A DNA stretch of 64,000 bases from Saprospiraceae bacterium (lineage in GTDB: Bacteria; Bacteroidota; Bacteroidia; Chitinophagales; Saprospiraceae), in the NCBI GenBank assembly GCA_965230495.1, contig CBDDLC010000002.1, positions 137,029 to 201,028 of the forward strand. The letters are read 5' to 3'. Shown here piece by piece: positions 29,916 to 39,486 of this stretch. Every line of letters begins with the position of its first letter. Within the stretch, counting starts at the first letter, position 1. The notes below the pieces were generated by a model, which was not told the origin of the DNA, searched no databases, and was given only the letters and a program-made list of their open reading frames with translations. The position numbers were made by a program, and so were the translations under genes.

Positions 29916-30647
29916 TTATGGGAGTGACAGAGGTGTGTCAGGGGTAGATTGCCAGTTTTTTTGACACTGTTCTAAATATTGTTCGAGGGAAATAGGATGC
30001 TTTTCAAAATATTCGGATTTGACTTTGAGGTTTTTTATACGATCTATTCTAAAAGCCCTAAAATCATTTTTTTCTCTGCAATAGGCAATAAGTATCCAGT
30101 TGTCATTGGTAGTATATAGGGCAAATGGCTCTATGTCTCTTTTACTCTTATAATTATCTAGGGATAAGTAGCTAATATTCACTACCTGAAAGTTTGCTAT
30201 ATGGGCTTGCAGTTGAATGAGATAATTACTGCTCTTTTCGTTCGTATTGTTATTTCTTATTTGGATTCTATCAGTCAATAATTCTGTTTTAGTCTTTTGT
30301 TTCATCTTTAATACAGATTTTATTTTGGTAATAGCATCTGTATAATGTTTGATTAGTGACTGGTCTTTGTTTTTTAAAATGATTTGCTCTGCTGTTATCA
30401 AAGCCATGGCTTCTTCTTCTGTAAACATAATTGGGGGTAGTTTATACCCATCCATTATTGAATACCCCTTGCCTTCCTGAGTAATGATAGGCACACCGGA
30501 TTTTTCTAGAGTTCTGATATCTCTATATATAGTTCGTATACTGACTTCATGCTTTTCTGCAAGTTGCGTGGCAGTTATCATTCTTTTGGATTGTAATTGT
30601 GTTACAATCGCGGAGAGGCGTGCGAGTCTTGGTTTATCCTTTACCAT
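29916..30647 (-). CDS. YafY-family transcriptional regulator (HTH + WYL domain)
   Basis: N-terminal RLSAIVTQLQSK..ITATQLAEK.EVS.RTIYRDIRTLE HTH, and a C-terminal WYL-type domain (NWILIAYC...FRAFRIDRI). Confidence 0.85.
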   Translation of the reverse strand: MVKDKPRLARLSAIVTQLQSKRMITATQLAEKHEVSIRTIYRDIRTLEKSGVPIITQEGKGYSIMDGYKLPPIMFTEEEAMALITAEQIILKNKDQSLIKHYTDAITKIKSVLKMKQKTKTELLTDRIQIRNNNTNEKSSNYLIQLQAHIANFQVVNISYLSLDNYKSKRDIEPFALYTTNDNWILIAYCREKNDFRAFRIDRIKNLKVKSEYFEKHPISLEQYLEQCQKNWQSTPDTPLSLP

Positions 30648-30658
30648 AAATGTAAGTA

Positions 30659-31756
30659 TTACCCCAAATTTTTACCATGCATGGTTTTTTTATATTGATC
30701 TATGCGTTTATGCATAACAGGAAACCAAAGAGGGGGTATTAGAGCAAGCAACATCATTCCCGGATAACCCGTGGGCATCTGAGGACTTTCATCAAAGTGA
30801 CGTAAAATTTGATATTTTCTGCTGGCCATATAATGATGATCAGAATGTCGTGATAGTTCTAATAAAATGAGTCGACCCAAAGGATGATTGCTATTCCAAG
30901 AATGTATGGGTAAGGTGCGTTCATATCTAGAACCATTCTTTTTTCTGTGTAACCCATAATGTTCTATATAATTTACTGTTTCCAGGAGAAGGAAACCAAT
31001 GCTGGCTCCCAAAATAAAATATAGCATTGTCCAATACCCAAAATTGGCTCCTATCAGTATGATTAAAGTCAGTTGAAGTATTTGAAAACGTAACATTTCA
31101 TTTTTATAACTCCAGAACGGTATCTTGGATTTTTGCAATCTTTTTCGTTCCAACTTCCAAGCCGAGATCCAGCTTCCCAGTACTGTACGGAAATAAAAAG
31201 AATAGATGTTTTCTCCAATTCTTCCTGAAGATGGATCTTCGGGTGTTGCCACATTTTTGTGGTGACCTCTATTATGCTCTATGTAGAAATGCATATATAG
31301 TGAGGTTAGTAATAAGAGTTTACTCATAAATCTTTCCTTAGTACTTACTCGATGCCCTAGTTCGTGTGCATTATTGATGGCAATTCCACATGCCATACCG
31401 TACGTGGTAATCATTCCAACGATTTCGTACAAAGCTAAATGCGGTTGATTTACTTGAACGAGAAAGTAAAAAAGTATTATTATCTGGATGGGGACCAATC
31501 CATACAGCAGATAATCATAAAATTTATCTTCTTTAGCAAGTTCTTCTTCAATAGCAGTCATGTTTTTGGTGGAGCCTTGGGTAAATAATTCTGCCAGAGG
31601 TATGAATACAAAAAGATATATTAAAGTAGAAAAAGTCCACCACCCTTCAAGGTAAAGAGAGACGAAAACAATAAGAGGTACACTGTATACACTTAAATAT
31701 TTTAGGTGATGTACTTTCATCTCAGATAGTAAATATTTGATTTGGTCAACAACCAA
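30659..31756 (-). CDS. alkB: Alkane 1-monooxygenase-like integral-membrane di-iron hydroxylase (AlkB family)
   Basis: All three His boxes are present: HELGHR, EHNRGHH and LSRHSDHH. Multi-TM N-terminal half. Confidence 0.85.
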   Translation of the reverse strand: MVVDQIKYLLSEMKVHHLKYLSVYSVPLIVFVSLYLEGWWTFSTLIYLFVFIPLAELFTQGSTKNMTAIEEELAKEDKFYDYLLYGLVPIQIIILFYFLVQVNQPHLALYEIVGMITTYGMACGIAINNAHELGHRVSTKERFMSKLLLLTSLYMHFYIEHNRGHHKNVATPEDPSSGRIGENIYSFYFRTVLGSWISAWKLERKRLQKSKIPFWSYKNEMLRFQILQLTLIILIGANFGYWTMLYFILGASIGFLLLETVNYIEHYGLHRKKNGSRYERTLPIHSWNSNHPLGRLILLELSRHSDHHYMASRKYQILRHFDESPQMPTGYPGMMLLALIPPLWFPVMHKRIDQYKKTMHGKNLG

Positions 31757-32438
31757 TCATATAACCCAAGTTTAGTTCAAATTCTTGTTGTACATATTTT
31801 CCATCTGCCGTTTGAGCGGGTTGCCAAGGAGACATATGCGAAATTACTTTTAATAATAACTCATCCACCTCACTATCACCGGACGAATTAGATATTCGGC
31901 TATCAATAATATTACCATTTTCATCTACAGTAAATTTTGTCGAAACCAAAGCCAAATTTTTGACCTTAGAGAGTGGTAGCTTATCCATGGCATTAAGGCT
32001 TAAGTATTCCTTTAGTCCTTCATGTCCTCCGGGGTAAGAAGCCTGAGTTTTAGGAACAACCTCTAAAGAAAAATTAATTTCTTTGGCTATGTTAGAGCAG
32101 GAATGTTTAGGATAGTATTTTACAAAAACGTTGATAGTGGAGCCAATAGAAGAGTTTTCGAGAACATATAATTGTTTTTCATTGAGTTTATTGCCCTCTC
32201 CCAAAGCAGAAGAGATCATTTCATTTTTATCAGAAGAGATTTCTACTGTAATGTAACGGTCAATCCAGGAAGAAGGAAATCCTTCGTTTAAATCATTAAG
32301 TGTAACAACAGAGCCAATTTTTTCTTTTGAAATTGATCTTTTATTTAATCCGTTGAGCTCATAATTTATCTCCTGCGAAAAACAAAAAGAAGCTACAAAA
32401 CTTATAAGAAATACGAAGAAACTATTTTTCATACTCAC
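31746..32438 (-). CDS. Secreted TonB_C-like domain protein (paralog A)
   Basis: Signal peptide. The C-terminal part (ASYPGG...LKEYL...FTVDENGNIID...VDELLLKVI...WQPA...GK.V) fits the TonB C-terminal fold pattern. Clear paralog of 38698..39483 and 39487..40284. Confidence 0.6.
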   Translation of the reverse strand: MSMKNSFFVFLISFVASFCFSQEINYELNGLNKRSISKEKIGSVVTLNDLNEGFPSSWIDRYITVEISSDKNEMISSALGEGNKLNEKQLYVLENSSIGSTINVFVKYYPKHSCSNIAKEINFSLEVVPKTQASYPGGHEGLKEYLSLNAMDKLPLSKVKNLALVSTKFTVDENGNIIDSRISNSSGDSEVDELLLKVISHMSPWQPAQTADGKYVQQEFELNLGYMIGC

Positions 32439-32523
32439 TATTTTGAAGAAAAATATGAATAATAATTAAGTATTCCAACTGGAACTAATTCTAATAAGAA
32501 AAGTAGTATGTTTTCTGAATCAG

Positions 32524-34839
32524 TTATGGTCTGAGTTTAATTCCTAAATATATGGTTCTGGGTTGGGCAGGACCAAAGACGAAGTTACTATCCCTGTTTT
32601 TCCCTATATCAAAACCACTCTGATAAGAGTTGAAAACATTTTTAACACCCCCATAGATTTCTATAGTTGTAGAAATCTTGGCCATCTTTATTGCATAAGA
32701 TAACTTAGTACTTAGCTCGTGAAACATGGGTGAGTTTATAATTTCATCAACTTCTTGATTTGGGGCACCCGCGAAATGAGGTACTTTCATCTTACCTGTA
32801 AATACATAATTTAAATTAGCATTTAACTTATTATTAGGTATTAAGGATAACATGGTAAATCCATAAGTATTGGGAGTCCTTATAAATTCTTTTATACCTT
32901 CTAGTTCATCGATATACTGAACAGGCTGATCAAACGAACTAGATTGTACCGTTATACCTGCCTCAAGTTGTATTTTTCGATTATAATTCATGCGTGTTTC
33001 TAAAGTAACACCTTTAACTACTGCTTCTTGTCCATTTTCTTTTCGGAATAACTCTCCAAAATCATCTTCACCAATGGGCCGCAAAATAAAAGCATCTAAA
33101 AGTCTTGTATAAAAGCCCTCCAAAGTAAAACCTATAATAAAATTGTCCATGGGACGATCAAAGTTTATTGAGCCACTAAAGCTTCTTGATTTTTCATGTC
33201 GCAATGCTGGCGACAGTATGATTCTAGAAACTCCTCCACCAGCAAAAGCTATATGAAGGTCCGTATCAAAAGCTTGAGGAGCTCTAAAACCCGAACCATA
33301 ATTTAGTCTAAGCTGAGTGAAGTCTTTCCACTTATATAACAGGGAAGCACGAGGACTCAATATAATATTGTCAAGAAGATTATGATGATCCATCCTTAAT
33401 CCCGTGAGCACAGTTAATTGAGGTATGACCTGCCAGTCACTTTGCACGAATGCACCCAAATCCTTTGTAGTCTGGTCTATTAAATAATTGTAGGAGTTTA
33501 TTTCATCAAATACTTTGTCATAGAGATATTCGACTCCTAAAGTCAATGTGTTAATTCCGGATATAAAACCTGCTACTTTATGATTTAACTGAGTGCCGAT
33601 GTTGTAAGTGGTAACACTTGATGTGCCATATGGTGGCTTTTCTAAATGCTTCTGAAGACTTATGGAATCCTCAGGTAAGATTCCTGTATAGTGATCTCTA
33701 TCGGTATTTTGCCATGCTATATAACTCAAAAATGAGGAATTGTTATTATTAAAGTTAATTTGATAGTCGGCATTGGCCATCCAAACGTTATGGGTTCTTT
33801 CTTCTGACTGCTGGGTAAGGTAAGCAGGTTGACCAGTCATTTCACCACCATATCTGTATTCATTCAAATTACTGAAACTTAATTCCAACTTTTGATTTTC
33901 AGAAGGAAGAGAGAAAAAATTACCTCCTATGGCTGTATTCTCAAGTTTAGGTATCTCCGAAAAATTATCATCGTTATGATCATAAAATTCTCTTTGTCTT
34001 TTGGTTAGGAATAAAGAAATACCAGCATTATTATCGGATGAGACGACCGTAGAATTTCCAAAGAATTGATGATCACTGGTTTGCCCATTTATATTTTGAT
34101 AGTTGTAGTTAAACTCATAGTTATTGCTTTTCGGTATTTTGGTTATGACATTTACAGTTCCTCCGATGGCACTTGAGCCGTATAGTGAAGATCCACCTCC
34201 TCTTATTACCTCTATTCGATCAATCATATTTACGGGAAGTTGCTCTAGACCATATAAACCGGTTAAAGGACTAAAGATGGGACGTCCGTTAACCAATATT
34301 TGGGAGTACCCTCCCGATAATCCATTCATTCTAAGTTGTGTATAGTTACATGTTTGGCAATCGGTTTCAACCCTTAGTCCGGGTTGAAACCTTAATCCTT
34401 CGGATAAGTTGCAGGCCTGAATATTATTAAGTGTTACACTATTGACAACATTTACAATTACTGGAGAATTGGTTTTTCTTTTAAAAGTTTTCGTTCCGGT
34501 AACGACAATTTCGTCCAGAGCCATGATTTTATCTGTCAAAATTATGTCGAAATTTTGTGTGGGTTCTTCCGAATTGATATTAACTGAAATACTCACAGGT
34601 TTATATCCAATGAAGGAAGCAGTTAGCGTATAGGTGCCTTCGGGAATATTTTGAAGTATATACTTTCCAGCATTCGTCGTATAAGTAGCAAAGGAGGTGT
34701 TTTCTAAAAATACGGAAGCAAATTCTACTGTGCCCGATTCTAATTTTACATAACCCTCAAGGGATCCATTGGACTGGGAATTAGAATAGAAGTGAGAAGA
34801 AAATAGTAAAAAGAACCAAAGAACAAGCTTTTTTCGCAT
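32524..34839 (-). CDS. TonB-dependent receptor with an N-terminal CarboxypepD_reg-like domain
   Basis: Signal peptide, GSLEGYV...GTYTLTASFIGY, plug motifs (IVVTGT, IEVIRGGGSSLYGS) and a 22-strand-type C-terminal barrel. Confidence 0.9.
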   Translation of the reverse strand: MRKKLVLWFFLLFSSHFYSNSQSNGSLEGYVKLESGTVEFASVFLENTSFATYTTNAGKYILQNIPEGTYTLTASFIGYKPVSISVNINSEEPTQNFDIILTDKIMALDEIVVTGTKTFKRKTNSPVIVNVVNSVTLNNIQACNLSEGLRFQPGLRVETDCQTCNYTQLRMNGLSGGYSQILVNGRPIFSPLTGLYGLEQLPVNMIDRIEVIRGGGSSLYGSSAIGGTVNVITKIPKSNNYEFNYNYQNINGQTSDHQFFGNSTVVSSDNNAGISLFLTKRQREFYDHNDDNFSEIPKLENTAIGGNFFSLPSENQKLELSFSNLNEYRYGGEMTGQPAYLTQQSEERTHNVWMANADYQINFNNNNSSFLSYIAWQNTDRDHYTGILPEDSISLQKHLEKPPYGTSSVTTYNIGTQLNHKVAGFISGINTLTLGVEYLYDKVFDEINSYNYLIDQTTKDLGAFVQSDWQVIPQLTVLTGLRMDHHNLLDNIILSPRASLLYKWKDFTQLRLNYGSGFRAPQAFDTDLHIAFAGGGVSRIILSPALRHEKSRSFSGSINFDRPMDNFIIGFTLEGFYTRLLDAFILRPIGEDDFGELFRKENGQEAVVKGVTLETRMNYNRKIQLEAGITVQSSSFDQPVQYIDELEGIKEFIRTPNTYGFTMLSLIPNNKLNANLNYVFTGKMKVPHFAGAPNQEVDEIINSPMFHELSTKLSYAIKMAKISTTIEIYGGVKNVFNSYQSGFDIGKNRDSNFVFGPAQPRTIYLGIKLRP

Positions 34840-35080
34840 TGCAAAATCATTATTTAACTTTACAAAAATAAAAAATTAGAGTAATCTAAAAAAATATTCA
34901 ACCACAGAATAGAAACAAGTTGTGATATAAGTCTTGAACAATTTTGTCATGGTACTTTTCTCTTTTTTAAAGAGCTTAAGAAGCTTTTCGGAAGAAAATA
35001 ATCCTGGAATATGGTCACAGCAGAGGACTTAGATCATTGATAGTAGTGATTTTTATTAATAAACTTAAAATTTATCTATT

Positions 35081-35587
35081 ATGAAAAGAAGTTTTTTTAT
35101 AGTTGTTCTGGGAGTTTTAACTACTTTCTTCTGGGTTTCTTGTACCGTTACCTCATCGGAGGATAATGTAGCAGAAACTTTTTCGGAGATTAGAAAACCA
35201 AATCATGTCCACTGTTCCTGTACCGGGGCTCTCGGAGGATCGGCCTCAGCAACATGTGTAGATGGTAGCTCTTGCTCCTGTACAACGGGTTTGTTTAGCT
35301 GCAACTGCGATTGTGATTCTTCCCATGCTGCTGATTCCTCACACTCGCACCCAAATTCTCCAGTAAACGAGGACCCTATTGATGAAGGAAAATGGAATAT
35401 TACTATCGAATATTTATCTGGAATAGATGATGATATTGCTGCCGAGCTTGTGGAGCAACTTATATCGTTGCAAGAACTATACTACGAAGATTATGAAGCT
35501 TTTCTTAGTATGTATTCTGCTGCTGATGAATTATACATGGAGCTTCCTATCGAAATAAGAAATGAATTATTAAACCTCCTAAATTAA
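35081..35587 (+). CDS. Cys/His-rich lipoprotein of unknown family (tandem paralog 1)
   Basis: Lipobox FWVSC. An 8-Cys block (HCSCTGALGGSASATCVDGSSCSCTTGLFSCNCDCDSSH), then a His-rich linker and an acidic helical C-terminal domain. Confidence 0.6.
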   Translation: MKRSFFIVVLGVLTTFFWVSCTVTSSEDNVAETFSEIRKPNHVHCSCTGALGGSASATCVDGSSCSCTTGLFSCNCDCDSSHAADSSHSHPNSPVNEDPIDEGKWNITIEYLSGIDDDIAAELVEQLISLQELYYEDYEAFLSMYSAADELYMELPIEIRNELLNLLN

Positions 35588-35592
35588 GCAAA

Positions 35593-36072
35593 ATGAAAGC
35601 AATTAATTATTTATCTGTTTTTTTTATTCTATTGGTAATAGGCTGTACTTCTAATGATAAAACAGCCCTAGTTTCTGAACCTGGGACGATAACAAACGCT
35701 AGGCAAATAAATGGGCATAATTGCAAATGTACTTCTACATTAGGAGGCACTTCAGAAGCTAAATGTAGTAATAGTCAAAACTGCCTTTGTTCAAGTGGTT
35801 TTTTTAGTTGTGAATGTCACTGTGAAAATGCACATGATACATCAATGCCTGTAATTGATCCGGGACCTCAAGACACTTGGCTTTTTGCACAAGAGATTTT
35901 GTTACAATTCGATAATGAAATTGCACAAGACATAGCAAATTCCATGATGCAAGTATATGAACTGTATGAAACAAATCCGGAGGAGTTTTTGATTCAGTCA
36001 GCTGAGTTAAACGAATTATTTAATCTTTTACCGGAAGAAATACAAGAATTGCTTCTTAACGAAATAAACTAA
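35593..36072 (+). CDS. Cys/His-rich lipoprotein of unknown family (tandem paralog 2)
   Basis: Lipobox VIGC. It has the same 8-Cys spacing (HNCKCTSTLGGTSEAKCSNSQNCLCSSGFFSCECHCENAH) and an acidic helical C-terminal domain. Confidence 0.6.
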   Translation: MKAINYLSVFFILLVIGCTSNDKTALVSEPGTITNARQINGHNCKCTSTLGGTSEAKCSNSQNCLCSSGFFSCECHCENAHDTSMPVIDPGPQDTWLFAQEILLQFDNEIAQDIANSMMQVYELYETNPEEFLIQSAELNELFNLLPEEIQELLLNEIN

Positions 36073-36098
36073 AATGGGTTAAGAATTTTTCAACAATA

Positions 36099-36131
36099 CA
36101 TGAGACTGCCTGAATAGAAGGCAGTCTCATG
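36099..36131. terminator. Bidirectional terminator hairpin between convergent genes
   Basis: Perfect 12-bp stem, CATGAGACTGCC / GGCAGTCTCATG, with a 9-nt loop. Confidence 0.6.
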
Positions 36132-36147
36132 CTAACTAAGATATTTG

Positions 36148-38538
36148 TTACTTTAATATGATTAACTTATTCATTTCTTTATTTGGATTATATCCGATAA
36201 AATATATCCCCACCGCTAATTTGCTTATATCGATTACGGATTGATTCTCGTCCATTCTTAACGAGTGAACAATTTGTCCCTTAGAATTGAAGATTTTGAT
36301 AACTCTTTCATTCAAAGGTTTATTACCAATGGAGAGATAGATATAATCACTTGCCGGATTTGGCCAAACATGAATATTATTTTCAATATTTTCTTCTGCC
36401 AAAGAAGAAGTATTTTCGTCATTATTGAAACCAAAGGTCATTTCGGATATTTCAAAATCTCCCGTACCGTTAGGTTTTCTTGCGAAAGATAGATCTTCGG
36501 CTTGTTCACCAAATTCTATATACTGTAAGGCTTCTTCATCGCTATTGCTTAAGATGATTACTTCTCCTCCTGCGGACAGTTTAAAGTTAGTGTGTAATTC
36601 AATATTGGATGTTTGTTCCTGATCTTCATCTGCCCAAATAATCATATAGGAGTTGGCTTCCAAAGTTGTACCTTCAGGAAACTGCCACTTAAGAGGTTGT
36701 GATTCATTGTCGGACAGAAAATATCCTGACAAATCAATTTCTTCATCGCTACGATTATAAATCTCTATCCAATCATCGTATTCTCCGGCAGAGTCCGTGA
36801 TACTTGTTTCATTATCTGCCATGAATTCGTTGATTACAACAGTTTCCGAGTTGATTACTGTTTGACCAACTTGATAAATAAAAGTCTCATGTTCTGCACC
36901 GCTTGGATGGTAACTAGCAGTTGCACTAGCATTATTTTTGATTGCTTCGATATAGTATCTTACATAAGAACCAGCAGAATATCCTGGTATCGATGCACCA
37001 TATATACCATCACCTGCAGTTTGATCATTGTGCATCCCATCATCATACATTTGGATTCGTTCGAAGGTTCCATCAAACCCCACGCCATGGTACAACATTA
37101 CTTTTTGAGCATCTCCATTTATTTTTACGGAAATCAATGCTTCTTCATTGCTATTAGGAGGTAAACCGTCTCCTAAAGAAGATGTTAAGTCAACCTCATC
37201 AATGCCAACACCTTGTTTGTCAATTTCATCATTACTTAATAAAAATTGGATGCGATCTGTAATAAAACCTTTCAAACTTTCAATTCCATTAACAAATTGA
37301 TTATAACTATATATTTTCTTGGGATCATCTTGCACTCTTTGATCTAATATCTCTGCGAATTGATCAATTCTACTATGTATTTTATCTTCAATGAAAAATT
37401 CGGTTAATATGGTCCTTATATGAGCTAAGTACCTTTGTCTGATTTCAGTATTTTGAAGCATCCTATTTAGTAAAGGAAATCTACTATCATTTTCATTATA
37501 AAAAGGACTCCAGTCATAGTGAGAATCAACCATTACTGAATTTCCATCTACCTCCAATGGGAATAGGCGATTTGTAGCTTCATCCCAGTACACATAGTAA
37601 TCCATTCCTCCTTTGTGTATATAACTATCATCGTCAGAAAATATCATTTCCTGAGCTAAAAACCATAATGTGCGATCTATATCGAAATAGGGATTTAACT
37701 GTTCATATAAGTTTTCAACGTCTGTATTGTTTAATATATCACAAACATTGATCAAGTCCTCCCATGGGTTTTCTTTTTCAGTTCTTTTTAAAGTATAGTT
37801 TTCGTTATAATCGGTGCTATCTGGACCGTTATAGTTAAGAGAAGAAACTCCGGTTCCGAACATTCCACCTCCACCAGGACCACCACCGCCTGGTCCTCCA
37901 CCAGATACACCATCTGGTCTAACCGCTCTCCATCGGGTACCATCATTATTAGTAAACCATTCCTTTATATACTGACCCTCGATTTGCTGTATATTGTTGT
38001 ATGGACCCCAATATTGTCCATTGATATAGAGGTCAACAAAAGAACCTTTTAAGGCTGAAGTAAAGGACTTAGATATGTCATAATATAGTACTTCACGCAT
38101 GCCGGATTGATCTTGGAACGCACAGTTCAAATTTAGGTTGTCATAACCCATCAAATCTTGTTCCTTAAGTTCATCAATTTCTATTTTAAAAGATTTTTTT
38201 TCAGAATTATTTTGAAAATCAGAGGTTTGCCCTTTTATCCCTACTAGGACACTGTCTAAAACCAATGTGTCATTGAATGTTAATGTCGCTATTAGAGATT
38301 CACCTTCATTGCCTCCACCGGGGCCACCACCTCCGCTTCCATCCATTTTTTGGAACCAATCTGGATCGGTTAATGTAATCTCGAGCTTATGCACATTCTC
38401 AATATTGTAAAACCCGGTGGTTTCATTTCCTCCATACTTGAGCGTACCCTGTTCAGTGATGTTAACCTCTTTGGGTAGATCAGGTTGAGCATAAGAAAGA
38501 GAGAAAGAAAGTGAAATAAATAGTAAAGTTAACCTCAT
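36148..38538 (-). CDS. CotH-family protein with a lamin-tail domain (LTD) and a T9SS C-terminal sorting domain
   Basis: CotH core (KKSFKIEIDE...NLNLNCAFQDQSGMREVLYYD...VDLYINGQYWGPYNNIQQIE). LTD (VINEFMADN...DDWIEIYN...LSGYFLSDN...FKLSAGGEVIIL). C-terminal WPNPASDYIYL...GIYFI tail. Confidence 0.8.
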   Translation of the reverse strand: MRLTLLFISLSFSLSYAQPDLPKEVNITEQGTLKYGGNETTGFYNIENVHKLEITLTDPDWFQKMDGSGGGGPGGGNEGESLIATLTFNDTLVLDSVLVGIKGQTSDFQNNSEKKSFKIEIDELKEQDLMGYDNLNLNCAFQDQSGMREVLYYDISKSFTSALKGSFVDLYINGQYWGPYNNIQQIEGQYIKEWFTNNDGTRWRAVRPDGVSGGGPGGGGPGGGGMFGTGVSSLNYNGPDSTDYNENYTLKRTEKENPWEDLINVCDILNNTDVENLYEQLNPYFDIDRTLWFLAQEMIFSDDDSYIHKGGMDYYVYWDEATNRLFPLEVDGNSVMVDSHYDWSPFYNENDSRFPLLNRMLQNTEIRQRYLAHIRTILTEFFIEDKIHSRIDQFAEILDQRVQDDPKKIYSYNQFVNGIESLKGFITDRIQFLLSNDEIDKQGVGIDEVDLTSSLGDGLPPNSNEEALISVKINGDAQKVMLYHGVGFDGTFERIQMYDDGMHNDQTAGDGIYGASIPGYSAGSYVRYYIEAIKNNASATASYHPSGAEHETFIYQVGQTVINSETVVINEFMADNETSITDSAGEYDDWIEIYNRSDEEIDLSGYFLSDNESQPLKWQFPEGTTLEANSYMIIWADEDQEQTSNIELHTNFKLSAGGEVIILSNSDEEALQYIEFGEQAEDLSFARKPNGTGDFEISEMTFGFNNDENTSSLAEENIENNIHVWPNPASDYIYLSIGNKPLNERVIKIFNSKGQIVHSLRMDENQSVIDISKLAVGIYFIGYNPNKEMNKLIILK

Positions 38539-38697
38539 AATATTATTTTAAAGATGCTAAGTTAATAAAACCTATCACCGAAAGTTTCAGAGATTTTGAG
38601 AGCATTAGCTCTTTAATTTCCGAAATTCAGTGATAGCATTTCTCAAGAAGTTTGACACTTCTTTATTATAAGGTTCAATGGTTGAGTTTGTACTCAA

Positions 38698-39483
38698 CTA
38701 TTTTTTGAAATTTAATGTATTCATTGCACAGCTTCTAGGATCCCCAACTACCAAGGCAAATTCTTGAGCGATTTTAGTTCCATCTTGATGCTTAGCTGGT
38801 TTCCAATTTCCCATTTGGCAAATGGTTTCAATGAGCAATGCGTCCATTTGTTCATTTTCGGAAGACCAAAAAATATGTGGATTGATTAATTCACCATTCT
38901 CACCTATGGTGAATTTTACAACGGATAACTGATATTCACCAAAAACACTGTCTGTAATATGTGGAAGGAGCCTTTGGTTTAAATAGTTGTGAAGGTCGAA
39001 ATGGCCGTTAATATATTGTGCATTTTTATCAGGAGTAACATTAAGAGTAAAGTCAATTTCTTTCTTTTCATTGTGCGATAAATTGTTTTCCGGCATGTAA
39101 ATAATAGAAACTTTAATTTTGGCACCAGAATCGGCCATATTTAGGACCTCTTTTTGTTTTACCGTGAGTACCTCATTGGTACCCATAGCAGAGATTTTCT
39201 CTTCTTTATAAAAGGTTGATATTTCAGTAGAAATATACCTTCTTATCCATGAAGATTTGAAGTTTTTGTTCAAATCCAAAAGATTTTGGGCAGAGGATAA
39301 TTCCGCTTTGCTAATGGCAAATGGTGGGTATATCTGTTTTACCTCTATTGAAAAAGGAATTTCCGCATTATTCTGACCAAGCACACAGATAGGTGTTGAG
39401 CAGAAAATTATCGAAATAATAAGCCAAAAAGGAAATAAACACACATTGCTTTTCAATTCTTTTTTCATTATCATATTTTTCAT
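38698..39483 (-). CDS. Secreted TonB_C-like domain protein (paralog B)
   Basis: It aligns by eye with 31746..32438 over most of its length (F.SSWI.RYI..EIS..., EI.F.L.V.P...A.Y..G, FT..ENG..I, W.PA...G). Confidence 0.6.
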   Translation of the reverse strand: MKNMIMKKELKSNVCLFPFWLIISIIFCSTPICVLGQNNAEIPFSIEVKQIYPPFAISKAELSSAQNLLDLNKNFKSSWIRRYISTEISTFYKEEKISAMGTNEVLTVKQKEVLNMADSGAKIKVSIIYMPENNLSHNEKKEIDFTLNVTPDKNAQYINGHFDLHNYLNQRLLPHITDSVFGEYQLSVVKFTIGENGELINPHIFWSSENEQMDALLIETICQMGNWKPAKHQDGTKIAQEFALVVGDPRSCAMNTLNFKK

Positions 39484-39486
39484 TTT

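Noticed and set aside
34840-34860. A Fur/Zur-like sequence (AATCATTAT) just upstream of the TonB-dependent receptor start codon.
   Set aside because: Only one half-site resembles the Fur box. The other half of the 19-mer does not match, and such A/T strings are expected by chance here.
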